A stretch of DNA of 64,000 nt from Pseudomonadota bacterium (GCA_021828045.1 JAKATI010000002.1:709-64708), one strand, 5' to 3'. Numbered from the stretch's first letter, positions 10,448 through 18,282 are shown. Notes: generated by a model from the sequence alone, not told the origin. Numbers and translations: made by a program.

Positions 10448-10766
10448 GGGGTTTCCCTCTGAAAAAAAACGCATAAAGGGCTCCTCGGCGTTTAGCCTGA
10501 AAAAATCGGTGTTGAAGACGAGCACGACCCGGACCAACCCCGGTCAGGTTGCGAGGAAACGTAAGGAACAAGCGCAAGAACAAGCGTGAGAATGCGAGTT
10601 CCCTCGCTCCTGCACAAGGCACGACCCGGTTGATGAGTTGAGCAGGCTGGAGGTCACGACGATGTTCAGGCCAAAGATGAAGGTCGCACTGATAACCTAA
10701 CCAGACCTGATGCTCGTTGCCGTCGAGGGCTTCTCCCGGATCCGGGGTGGGGTGTGTGGGGTTCAT
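10356..10766 (-). CDS. Doubtful ORF between the MerR regulator and cusC
   Basis: Its ATG overlaps the regulator stop (ATGA). However, it runs about 90 nt into cusC, has no recognisable family, and contains direct DNA repeats and T-runs that look non-coding. Confidence 0.2.
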   Translation of the reverse strand: MNPTHPTPDPGEALDGNEHQVWLGYQCDLHLWPEHRRDLQPAQLINRVVPCAGARELAFSRLFLRLFLTFPRNLTGVGPGRARLQHRFFQAKRRGALYAFFFRGKPHAILPYVKNGLAPSAWPAPWIDVSLCHVTR

Positions 10767-11173
10767 TCTCGGGAATCCTCCCCGTGGTTGAGGGCGGCAA
10801 GGATCGGACAGTCGGCACCCGGACCCTCACCCGGGCAGCGTTCGACGAGGGTGGCGAGGGCCTGGCGGATGCGGGTGAGTTCGAGGAGACGGCGGTCGAG
10901 ATCGGCCAGCTTGCGGCGGGCGGCGGCCCGGACGGCCTGCATGTCTTCTCCCCGACCCAGGGTCAGAAGTTCGTCGATCTCGGCGAGGGTGAAGCCCAGT
11001 GCCTTGGCCCGGTGAATGAAACGCAGGCGATGGAGGGCGTCGGTTTCGTAACTGCGGTAACCGGAGGGACGGCGGGAGGGGGCGGGGAGGAGTCCCGAGC
11101 GTTCGTAGTAGCGGATGGTGTCGACCGGGAGTCCGGTGCGGCGGGCGACTTCACCGATTTTGAGGCCGGCCAT
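10763..11173 (-). CDS. MerR-family heavy-metal-responsive transcriptional regulator (CueR/CadR-like)
   Basis: MAGLKIGEVARRTGLPVDTIRYYER HTH, a coiled dimerisation helix and a C-terminal metal loop CPGEGPGADCPIL (Cys113/Cys122). The start at 11173 has GGAG 5 nt upstream. The ORF-track N-terminal extension covers the promoter. Confidence 0.85.
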   Translation of the reverse strand: MAGLKIGEVARRTGLPVDTIRYYERSGLLPAPSRRPSGYRSYETDALHRLRFIHRAKALGFTLAEIDELLTLGRGEDMQAVRAAARRKLADLDRRLLELTRIRQALATLVERCPGEGPGADCPILAALNHGEDSRE

Positions 11174-11201
11174 GGGTGCTCCAGAGCGGGGAAAGGCCTC
11201 C

Positions 11202-11233
11202 AGTCTAAACCCTGGAGTAGGCTCCAGAGTCAA
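11202..11233 (-). promoter_or_regulatory. MerR-type promoter/operator upstream of the regulator-cus genes
   Basis: The minus strand reads TTGACT-CTGGAGCCTACTCCAGGGT-TTAGAC. This is a -35 hexamer, a 19-nt spacer containing the dyad CTGGAG-N4-CTCCAG, and a -10-like hexamer. Extra CTGGAG half-sites lie at 11203-11198 and 11184-11179. Confidence 0.55.
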
Positions 11234-11523
11234 GAGGGGGGGTGTCCGTCCCGAAGTCCGGCGCGAGGTGCCGGGGCCGGATTCGGTGGCCCGGGAACCT
11301 CACGGCTCATCCGGCTCGCCCACGAAATGACCCCGGTCGGTCCGGCCGGCGACCCCCAGGGCGGCGCCCAAGAGTAATTGCGAAACCGCCCCTCGGCATC
11401 CCGCCCATAGGGCGCCCACGGTAGGCCATTCGCGTCGACCCCAAACGGCGCGTCCCGGTGCGTCTCGAACGGAAGACAATCGATCCACACCCACCCGCTG
11501 TCCTGCGCGGTGGGCAACACCAT
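11230..11523 (-). CDS. Hypothetical protein or N-terminally truncated gene remnant
   Basis: The frame has clearly GC-rich third codon positions but no SD, and an in-frame stop lies 18 codons upstream of the ATG. Its stop codon sits inside the -35 hexamer of the MerR promoter. No recognisable family. Confidence 0.3.
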   Translation of the reverse strand: MVLPTAQDSGWVWIDCLPFETHRDAPFGVDANGLPWAPYGRDAEGRFRNYSWAPPWGSPAGPTGVISWASRMSREVPGPPNPAPAPRAGLRDGHPPS

Positions 11524-11859
11524 GCCCGGGGTGATGTGGGCGGGCAGGGCGTCGGCGGGTAGCCCGTCTTTCGCTATTCACCCTGGAACAGGCCCGTTTT
11601 CGCCCATGAAAAGGAGGCGTGCGTGGGGCAACATTCTGTGTTATCACGATTTTTTTCTCGGCACGATTGCTTTAACCCGTGTAGAGGGCGCTGCCATCTG
11701 CGCTCGAGCGCGACCCGGTCGACGCGCACAACGACGCGCTGGTCCTCGCAGAAGTGCTCGAAGTGCACTTGAGGAGGGAGCTCGGTTTGGAGGAGCCCTC
11801 GTAGGGGGAGACCGAGGGCAGGATCGAAAGGCTGAGCGTCCGCGGGGCCGGCCCTGTGG

Positions 11860-12279
11860 CTACGTCCAGGGGTTGAGGAGAGATTTCACGGTGGCCTGAA
11901 AGTCCGCCGCATTACGGGTCACGAGAGTGAGGCCATGGACCTGGGCGGTGGCTGCAATGAGCGCATCCATGGCCTGAAGGGATCGACCGCCCGCTTCGCG
12001 GCGGGCGACCAGTCGTCCCCATTCATCGGCAATGGCTCCATCCACCCCGACGATTCGTCCCTCGAATCGCAGTGGCAGATCATTACAGAGCCATTCGTCG
12101 AGCCGCCGGCGCCGGGCACCGGCGGACAAGCGCTCAATGCCTTGGCGCAGCTCCGCGAACGTCACAACACTCAGGAAGACTTTGCCCTCGTCGACTTGCT
12201 CGAGCCATTCGATGACCCCTGCATTGAGCCGTGGCTTCGTCCACTCGGAGACGACGTTCGTGTCGAGGAGAAAGCTCAC
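11860..12279 (-). CDS. vapC: PIN-domain toxin VapC
   Basis: GTG start giving VSFLLDTNVVSE... (PIN acidic Asp6), with later conserved D/E and a TRN motif. About 139 aa, with a GTGA overlap with the upstream antitoxin. The ORF-track 218-aa version is an over-extension. Confidence 0.85.
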   Translation of the reverse strand: MSFLLDTNVVSEWTKPRLNAGVIEWLEQVDEGKVFLSVVTFAELRQGIERLSAGARRRRLDEWLCNDLPLRFEGRIVGVDGAIADEWGRLVARREAGGRSLQAMDALIAATAQVHGLTLVTRNAADFQATVKSLLNPWT

Positions 12280-12530
12280 AGGTCCGACGCGCGCAGCCGA
12301 TCCTTCGAGCGGCGCACCTTCAACCCGGAGCCCCGAAGCGGTGAGGCCTTGAAGAAGTCGGCCAGCGAACCAGCATGCTGGGTCCGGCGCTCCCATTCCT
12401 CGGCATCGACGACGACCGCGGTCCGCCGGCCGTTGCGGGTGATGGTCTGGGGCCCGCACGTATGAGCGTTCTCGATGACCTCGCTCAGTTTCGCCTTGGC
12501 CTGAGCGACCGTCCAAATTCCGGTGTCCAC
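12276..12530 (-). CDS. vapB: Phd/YefM-type antitoxin VapB
   Basis: 84 aa. WTVAQAKAKLSEVIENA...PQTITRNGRRTAVVV is typical of Phd/YefM-fold antitoxins. It lies immediately upstream of the PIN gene and overlaps it. Confidence 0.8.
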   Translation of the reverse strand: MDTGIWTVAQAKAKLSEVIENAHTCGPQTITRNGRRTAVVVDAEEWERRTQHAGSLADFFKASPLRGSGLKVRRSKDRLRASDL

Positions 12531-12555
12531 GGGTGATTCCTCACGAATTAGTCAA

Positions 12556-12592
12556 GATGGTCATTATAGTCATTGCGCGATCCCGCGCCATC
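12556..12592 (-). promoter_or_regulatory. Candidate vapBC promoter
   Basis: A perfect TATAAT lies on the minus strand (12568-12563), about 33 nt upstream of the GTG start, with GAGGAA as SD. The -35 (ATGGCG) is weak. A direct repeat ATGAC-N4-ATGAC spans the -10. Confidence 0.3.
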
Positions 12593-12816
12593 CTGCGCCT
12601 GGTCGACGTGCTGTCGAGACGTACTGAAAAACCGGGAAAGGGCGGGATTACCACGGCCGCCCGGTCAAGGACGTGGCTGCCCTGCTGGGCATCCACCGCT
12701 TGCAACATCCCACTGGATTTTTCACCGTTCCTCCAGGGGGCTTTGTTTCATTGTAAGGGGTCCGTTCCTCGAGGTTGGGAACGCTCGGAGTGAAGCCCCG
12801 GACTCGGGGAATGCAG

Positions 12817-14103
12817 CTAAAGTCTTGCGTCCACGCCATCCCGCGGCAGGACGGACTTGACATCAAAGATGACATGGGGATTCCGGACAAGCCGGGCCAG
12901 GTCGGCTTTCGTCTGGGTCGCAAACTCGCGGTGGGCCACGGCCAGGATCAGGGCGTCGTAGCGCGCTTGGGGACCGGGGTTGACGAGCGTCCAGCCGTAT
13001 TCCTCCCGGACCTCGTCCGGATGAGCCCAGGGATCGGTGATTTCGACGGCCACTCCGTAACTCCGAAGTTCAGAGACGAGTTCCGCGACGCGCGTGTTCC
13101 GGATGTCTGCGCAGTTTTCCTTGAAGGTAAAACCCTGGATCAGGACGGTGGCTTGGGGGAGGGCGATCCCTTTTTTCAGCATGAGTTTGACGACCCGGGT
13201 AGCCACCCAGCGACCCATTGAATCATTGATGCGCCGCCCGGCCAGGATCACTTCGGGTTGGTAGCCGGCCTGCTGTGCCTTATGGGTGAGGTAATACGGA
13301 TCGACGCCGATGCAGTGTCCCCCCACGAAACCGGGGCGGAAGGGGAGAAAATTCCACTTGGTGCCCGCCGCCTCGAGCACGTCCTGGGTGTCGAGCCCGA
13401 GATGCGAAAACAGAAGCGCGAGTTCGTTCATAAAGGCGATGTTGAGATCCCGCTGGCTGTTTTCGATGACTTTGGCGGCTTCCGCGATGCGGATGCTGGC
13501 CACCGGATGGGTCCCGGCCCGGACGATCCGGCGATAGAGACCATCGACCCACTCGAGGGCTTCCGGCGAGGAGGCGGAGGTGATCTTGATGATCTCGGTG
13601 AAGGGATGGCTCAAATCCCCTGGATTGACCCGTTCGGGGCTGTAGCCGACGACGAAGTCCTGGTTGAGCCGGAGCCCGGAATGCTCTTCCAGGAGGGGTA
13701 CGGCGATCTCCTCGGTCGCTCCCGGGTAGACCGTGGACTCAAAGATGACGGCGCTGCCCGGCCCGAGACGGGATCCGACGGTGACGCAGGCGGTGCGAAG
13801 CGCCGTGAGGTCGGGGCGTTTGATCTCGTCGATCGGGGTGGGAACCGCCACGATGAAGGCATCGGACTGCCGGAGAGACTCCGGATCAGAAGTAAAATGC
13901 AAGGTGGGCCCCGGAGTCAGGTCCTCGGCGCGGGCTTCCCGCCGCCGGTCCTGTCCCGCACGGAGTTCCTCGATGCGGGTGGGATCCGGGTCAAAGCCCA
14001 GAACCTTGAAGTGGCGGCTCCAGGCGATGGCCAGTGGCAGGCCCACATAGCCCAGGCCGATGATGGAGAGGCGTGTGTCCGGGGTGAGTGCTTTGGGCAT
14101 CAT
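12817..14103 (-). CDS. Nucleotide-sugar 6-dehydrogenase, TviB/WbpO/CapL family (UDP-GlcNAc/GalNAc dehydrogenase-like)
   Basis: Rossmann IIGLGYVGLPLA, VPTP, catalytic GGHCIGVDPYYL and 428 aa. The start MMPKAL overlaps the gspN stop (ATGA). The ORF-track 622-aa form is an over-extension. Confidence 0.9.
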   Translation of the reverse strand: MMPKALTPDTRLSIIGLGYVGLPLAIAWSRHFKVLGFDPDPTRIEELRAGQDRRREARAEDLTPGPTLHFTSDPESLRQSDAFIVAVPTPIDEIKRPDLTALRTACVTVGSRLGPGSAVIFESTVYPGATEEIAVPLLEEHSGLRLNQDFVVGYSPERVNPGDLSHPFTEIIKITSASSPEALEWVDGLYRRIVRAGTHPVASIRIAEAAKVIENSQRDLNIAFMNELALLFSHLGLDTQDVLEAAGTKWNFLPFRPGFVGGHCIGVDPYYLTHKAQQAGYQPEVILAGRRINDSMGRWVATRVVKLMLKKGIALPQATVLIQGFTFKENCADIRNTRVAELVSELRSYGVAVEITDPWAHPDEVREEYGWTLVNPGPQARYDALILAVAHREFATQTKADLARLVRNPHVIFDVKSVLPRDGVDARL

Positions 14104-14912
14104 GGCGGGATTCCGGGGGCCGAAGACCGGGTGGTCAGGAGCGAGGAAAGCGGAGGGAGGACCCCTTTCATCTGGAGGTGATAGAAGCCTTGTGGGTCCG
14201 GTTGGCCGGTACCTGCGAGGAGCCGTTCCAGGAAGGCCGGTGCATTGGGTTCCGGCTTGATGAGAGCGACCAACCGGTAGCCCTGCTTGTGGGTGAGGGT
14301 GATCGTGGCCGTTCCGGCAAAGTCCCCGGCAGATCCGGCGGTGAGGTGGATCACACTGACCTCCCGGGCGGCCGGATGGGCCTGAATGGAAAGGGGTCCC
14401 ACTTGCAGGCGGATGGGGGATTGCAGGGTGATCCGGCGGGCACCGAGTTGCCCGGCCAGACGGAAGAGGCTTCCATGCCGGATCTCGAGCGTATGGATCC
14501 GAAGCCGGATTCGGCCGGACAGCTCGGGGAAAGAGCTGACTCCGGCGGCCGGGTCGAAGGTGGCCACGACGTGCTCGAGCCGGAAGTGGTTGAGACTGGT
14601 GAACCAGAGAGTGCCTTGCTCTGATCCCGCCCCCGGCGTGGTCATCTTGAACTGGACCTCGAGCGTGCCGACAAGGAGGGGCCACGGATTCACGCTCCAG
14701 TCCAGATGCTGGATCGCGATCGCACCGATCCGGGCGGGTCCGGCCCGACCGTTCCAGAGGGTCCCGCTCACCCCCTGGACCCTGAAGTCCGGGGACGAAG
14801 GCCCGAAGAGATGGAAAGCCACGGCCGCCGGGAAGTCGGCGACGAGTGCGATCAGGTAAACCACCAGGGCAAGGGCGCCGAGACGGAGGACGGACTTAGA
14901 GGGTCTTCGCAT
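14100..14912 (-). CDS. gspN: Type II secretion system protein N
   Basis: 270 aa with a single N-terminal TM (LRLGALALVVYLIALV). It is positioned after gspM and overlaps it by 17 nt. Confidence 0.7.
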   Translation of the reverse strand: MRRPSKSVLRLGALALVVYLIALVADFPAAVAFHLFGPSSPDFRVQGVSGTLWNGRAGPARIGAIAIQHLDWSVNPWPLLVGTLEVQFKMTTPGAGSEQGTLWFTSLNHFRLEHVVATFDPAAGVSSFPELSGRIRLRIHTLEIRHGSLFRLAGQLGARRITLQSPIRLQVGPLSIQAHPAAREVSVIHLTAGSAGDFAGTATITLTHKQGYRLVALIKPEPNAPAFLERLLAGTGQPDPQGFYHLQMKGVLPPLSSLLTTRSSAPGIPP

Positions 14913-15402
14913 GGTCGGTCAGTTCGACGGTGACCCCGACGAGGTTCGAGCCCTGGGTCTGATGGTTGATCGTAATCCGGCGCAGCGCGATGCCATGCCG
15001 GACGAGAAAGGGGAAGAAATCCGACAACAGTGATTCGTACGGCACACTCTTCATCACCACGGTGAGCCGGTCTCGGCCCGTCGTGTGGATCTTGAAGGCG
15101 TGGCGGTGGCCGAACAGGCGGTCCAGCCGTTCCTGGATGCCGGCACGGAAGGAGGGCGTGAGGGGGAGCGCAGTCGACCCGGCCGACTGCTCGAGACGGC
15201 TTTCGTGGCGCGCGATCCAGACATAAAGGGCCCGTTCGCGACTGATCCGGCGGGAGTCGGTGCGCAGGCCGTCGAGCAGGGGGCTCAGGATCAGGAGGTA
15301 GACGAGAAACAGGGCGAGCACCCCGCCGGCCACTCCTACGCCCACCTGTTCCCGCGGGGCCAGTCGTGTCCACACCGCACGCAGTTCATCCATCCCTTTC
15401 AT
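14896..15402 (-). CDS. gspM: Type II secretion system protein M
   Basis: 168 aa with an N-terminal TM (GVAGGVLALFLVYLLILSPL). ATGA overlap with the gspL stop. The ORF-track 353-aa form is an over-extension. Confidence 0.75.
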   Translation of the reverse strand: MKGMDELRAVWTRLAPREQVGVGVAGGVLALFLVYLLILSPLLDGLRTDSRRISRERALYVWIARHESRLEQSAGSTALPLTPSFRAGIQERLDRLFGHRHAFKIHTTGRDRLTVVMKSVPYESLLSDFFPFLVRHGIALRRITINHQTQGSNLVGVTVELTDHAKTL

Positions 15403-16619
15403 GAAGACGGACCTCGCGCCCGGTAGACGACCTGGATCCTGATACCGCCCGGATCCTTCTCCACTTTCTGGTGCTGGCGGAGCCAGTGGGCTCTCCGGAC
15501 GATCGATTGCTCGAAATCCCGGGCCGCCGTCAGACTGGGTGCGGTGAACTGGAGGCCGATTGCCCGCGCACGATAGCTCAGGGTGAGAAGATGGATCGTG
15601 GTCGGGCGGTTCTTGGACATCCGGACCAGCAAGTGGAGAAAGCGCAGCGTCCCGGCCGGACCGGCGGACCGGAGCCGGAGTGCCTGTTCGATCTGTGCGC
15701 GTGGGGACACGTAGGGCTGACCCGGCAGTACCCGATGGAAAATCTGATGGACCCGCGTTTGCCACGCCTGGGCGGTCGATGCGAGACGGATGCGCTGGAT
15801 GATGAGGAGGGCAAGTGCCACTGCCAGGACGACACTGCCGAGCCGGGCGACAGGTTTCCAGCGGGCCCAGCGGGCCTGCCGCTGGTGGCCGGGAGCAAAC
15901 GCACCCTGCAGGAGATTGAGGCCCTGGATGGGAGCGCGGCTGGCCTCTTCGTACCAAAACCCATCGCTAAACCTGAAGGAGCAACCCAGCTGGGTCGCCA
16001 TGGGCTCGAGGATGGGGACTGCCGGATCAGTCGGTTCTCCCCAGAACGCGATTTCTCGGGGTCGGGCGACTTCAGGGAGGTCACGGAGGATCCGTTTCAG
16101 GATTTCCGGCGCCAGTCGGTCCGCCACCGCGCAGCCCGGCAAGCCCGGCCCACGGATCAAAAGATCGGTGCTGCGGGCGATGTTCCAGGCGGAGGGGGAG
16201 GCGGGGAGGAGAAAGAGGTCCGGCCAGAGTTCGTCGGGATGAAGGCCAGCCTCGAAGAGGATGGCGAGCCATTTCTCGAGGCAGGCCCGTTCGACGATGG
16301 CGACGGGGATATTCCCGTTCTGGTCCGGGTTGCCGGAAGCGAAATGCAGGGTGTCGAGATCCCCGGCGACCTGCTCCTCCAGGGCAAACGGGATGGCTTC
16401 CGCCCATTGCCGACGGGATCGCATGGGCAGCCGGAGGCGGGTGAGCGTGATCTCGCGGCTGGGGATGGCTACCACGACGCGGCGCGAGGGCGTGTGGCGG
16501 GCGATCTCGTTAAGAGGCGCGTGACCGATGCCGCCGCGGCGGTGCCCCTGGGTGTCGAGGACCCACCAGTCCGCAGCGCTTGCGTCCTGCTCTAGTCGGA
16601 TCAGGATCTGTTCCACCAT
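15399..16619 (-). CDS. gspL: Type II secretion system protein L
   Basis: N-terminal GspL cytoplasmic-domain pattern (WWVLD..., VVVAIPSREITLTRLRLP, AIPFALEEQVAGDLDTLHFA) and one TM segment. 406 aa. Confidence 0.9.
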   Translation of the reverse strand: MVEQILIRLEQDASAADWWVLDTQGHRRGGIGHAPLNEIARHTPSRRVVVAIPSREITLTRLRLPMRSRRQWAEAIPFALEEQVAGDLDTLHFASGNPDQNGNIPVAIVERACLEKWLAILFEAGLHPDELWPDLFLLPASPSAWNIARSTDLLIRGPGLPGCAVADRLAPEILKRILRDLPEVARPREIAFWGEPTDPAVPILEPMATQLGCSFRFSDGFWYEEASRAPIQGLNLLQGAFAPGHQRQARWARWKPVARLGSVVLAVALALLIIQRIRLASTAQAWQTRVHQIFHRVLPGQPYVSPRAQIEQALRLRSAGPAGTLRFLHLLVRMSKNRPTTIHLLTLSYRARAIGLQFTAPSLTAARDFEQSIVRRAHWLRQHQKVEKDPGGIRIQVVYRARGPSS

Positions 16620-16761
16620 CTCGGGCTCGCTGCGGAATCCATGACGTGATCGGTGAGTGGGGAGGAGACGCGAAAGATGTGCAGACTTTTCACCCCCCGG
16701 TGATCATACCTGATCTCACCCGCTTTGCGCATCTGGCGTAGCGGATCCGGGATCGTGAGGG

Positions 16762-17676
16762 CTAGCCCCCCGAGCCCAGGGTCTGGGTGTAGACCCGGAA
16801 AGAACCGCTGGGCTCGCGGTACAGCAGGCTGCTCAAGTGGAAGCGGGTCCCGGCAAAATGGATATCCAGGTGGAGCCTAAAGAAGCTGCTGTCAGTGCCG
16901 ATCGGAACGGTCACCGTCTGTCCCAAGAGCCCCTCGAACTCACCCACGCTCCCGAACCCACCGGCGCGCTGCTGCTTGAGAATCGCCTCGAGCGCCGAGG
17001 GGGTGATGCCGGGGACCAGGGCGTCCAGCACCTCGAGCGGAGCGGTATTGACATTGATGGCGGTGGGAACCGGCAGGGCGACGACCCACAGCCGCAGGCG
17101 CTGGTACTGGTTGATCGTGAGGCCGGCGATCAAGCGCAACTCAGTGGTGCTGGCCATGGGGGCCATGGGAGCCTGGTAGGGCGGGTCTTCCGCGGCATAG
17201 GTGCTGTTCATCGAGGACATCGATCCGCCGGGTGAACTCGCGACCCAGCTGGCCACAGCCTGCGCGACCTCCGGGTTGATCCGGAGTTCGACGAGGAGCC
17301 GTTCGAAAACCCCGAGCTGGTTAGGATCGATTCCTCCTCCCTGGGCCGAGAGGTTGTTGAGATTGAAAAATCCTTGGAGGTCGGTGATTTGTCCGACGAT
17401 GGCACCGTGCGGGATGGGAAAGGGCGGGAGCTTTTGGGCCCAGGTCTGGGTCAGGCTGACCGTGGGCCCGGTGCCCAGCTCTTCGTGCATCAGGCTGTCG
17501 ATCCAGGATTCGGCACCCAATGCGTACTCATAGTTTTGCTGGAAGCGCAGCAGGTTTTCGGTCCGGTGCAACTCCAGGTTGCGATCCCAGATCATGCGGG
17601 CGGCGATGCCGGCCGCGATGGCGATGACCACGAGGGCGATCAGGATGGCGACTCCCCGCTGCGAGACCCGTTTCAT
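16762..17676 (-). CDS. gspK: Type II secretion minor pseudopilin K
   Basis: QRGVAILIALVVIAIAA N-terminus, INVNTAPLEVLDALVPGI helix-hairpin-helix-like motif, 304 aa. Confidence 0.9.
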   Translation of the reverse strand: MKRVSQRGVAILIALVVIAIAAGIAARMIWDRNLELHRTENLLRFQQNYEYALGAESWIDSLMHEELGTGPTVSLTQTWAQKLPPFPIPHGAIVGQITDLQGFFNLNNLSAQGGGIDPNQLGVFERLLVELRINPEVAQAVASWVASSPGGSMSSMNSTYAAEDPPYQAPMAPMASTTELRLIAGLTINQYQRLRLWVVALPVPTAINVNTAPLEVLDALVPGITPSALEAILKQQRAGGFGSVGEFEGLLGQTVTVPIGTDSSFFRLHLDIHFAGTRFHLSSLLYREPSGSFRVYTQTLGSGG

Positions 17677-18278
17677 GGCAACTCGAAAATGCGCCGGATC
17701 CGCCCCCAGGCCCGGGTCCGGAGCCGGATCTCGACGGCCAGGGGGCGATGGTTGAGATCGGCCGCCGGAGGCACATCGAGCGGTGGCCAGTGGTGATGCC
17801 AGTGGCCCGCCGGGCCGAGAAAGCGGACGCGGAACGAGCGGACGCCGTGGAGCAGGGTATCCCGCTGCGGTGGGGCCGGTACGGCGCGGTCGAGGACCGG
17901 CCAGGTGAAGCGGACGAGATGGTGGCCGACCAATCCGTAACCCACCCGTTCGAGGTCTGATCGGTGGGCATCGGCCGGGTCGGCATCGCCATCCCGCGTG
18001 AGGACCAGGAGCGGGCCCGGTTCGCCCCGCCCGCCGTGCAGTGCCGGTTTGAGGATCCCGCTTGAGGCACGGATCGGGCGCGGGGCGGCTTCCGCGAGAT
18101 CCTGGCTCATGAGCAGCATGGTCATCTGGAGTGCTTCGAGTTCGTGTCCCCGGCGACGGGTGATGGTCCGTTCCCGGATAATGGTTTCGAGCGATCCGTA
18201 AGCCATGATCGCGAGCAGGGCCAGGATCGCGGTGGCGACCAGGATCTCGATCAGGGTGAAGGCGCGGGAGCGGTCCAT
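17673..18278 (-). CDS. gspJ: Type II secretion minor pseudopilin J
   Basis: Prepilin-type N-terminus RAFTLIEILVATAILA. 201 aa, with operon order I-J-K. Confidence 0.8.
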   Translation of the reverse strand: MDRSRAFTLIEILVATAILALLAIMAYGSLETIIRERTITRRRGHELEALQMTMLLMSQDLAEAAPRPIRASSGILKPALHGGRGEPGPLLVLTRDGDADPADAHRSDLERVGYGLVGHHLVRFTWPVLDRAVPAPPQRDTLLHGVRSFRVRFLGPAGHWHHHWPPLDVPPAADLNHRPLAVEIRLRTRAWGRIRRIFELP

Positions 18279-18282
18279 GGGT

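Noticed and set aside
10590-10630. A second MerR-type promoter in front of cusC (TTGTGC-N19-TTCTCA with a GCGAG-GGAA-CTCGC dyad)
   Set aside because: Both hexamers are poor, the dyad is only 5 bp, and it is unrelated to the CTGGAG operator. This is not enough support.
12640-12760. Frame reading DYHGRPVKDVAALLGIHRLQHPTGFF, resembling a Fis/excisionase-type HTH remnant
   Set aside because: It has no start codon, a stop lies a few codons upstream, and only about 12 residues are suggestive. This is too weak to call a pseudogene.
12817-14685. 622-aa version of the dehydrogenase ORF, and similar long N-terminal extensions of gspM, fabF, era, recO, pdxJ, rlmD, mlaE and vapC in the ORF track
   Set aside because: The extensions are Pro/Arg-rich and overlap well-supported upstream genes. 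Conserved N-termini with ATGA/GTGA junctions give much better internal starts.
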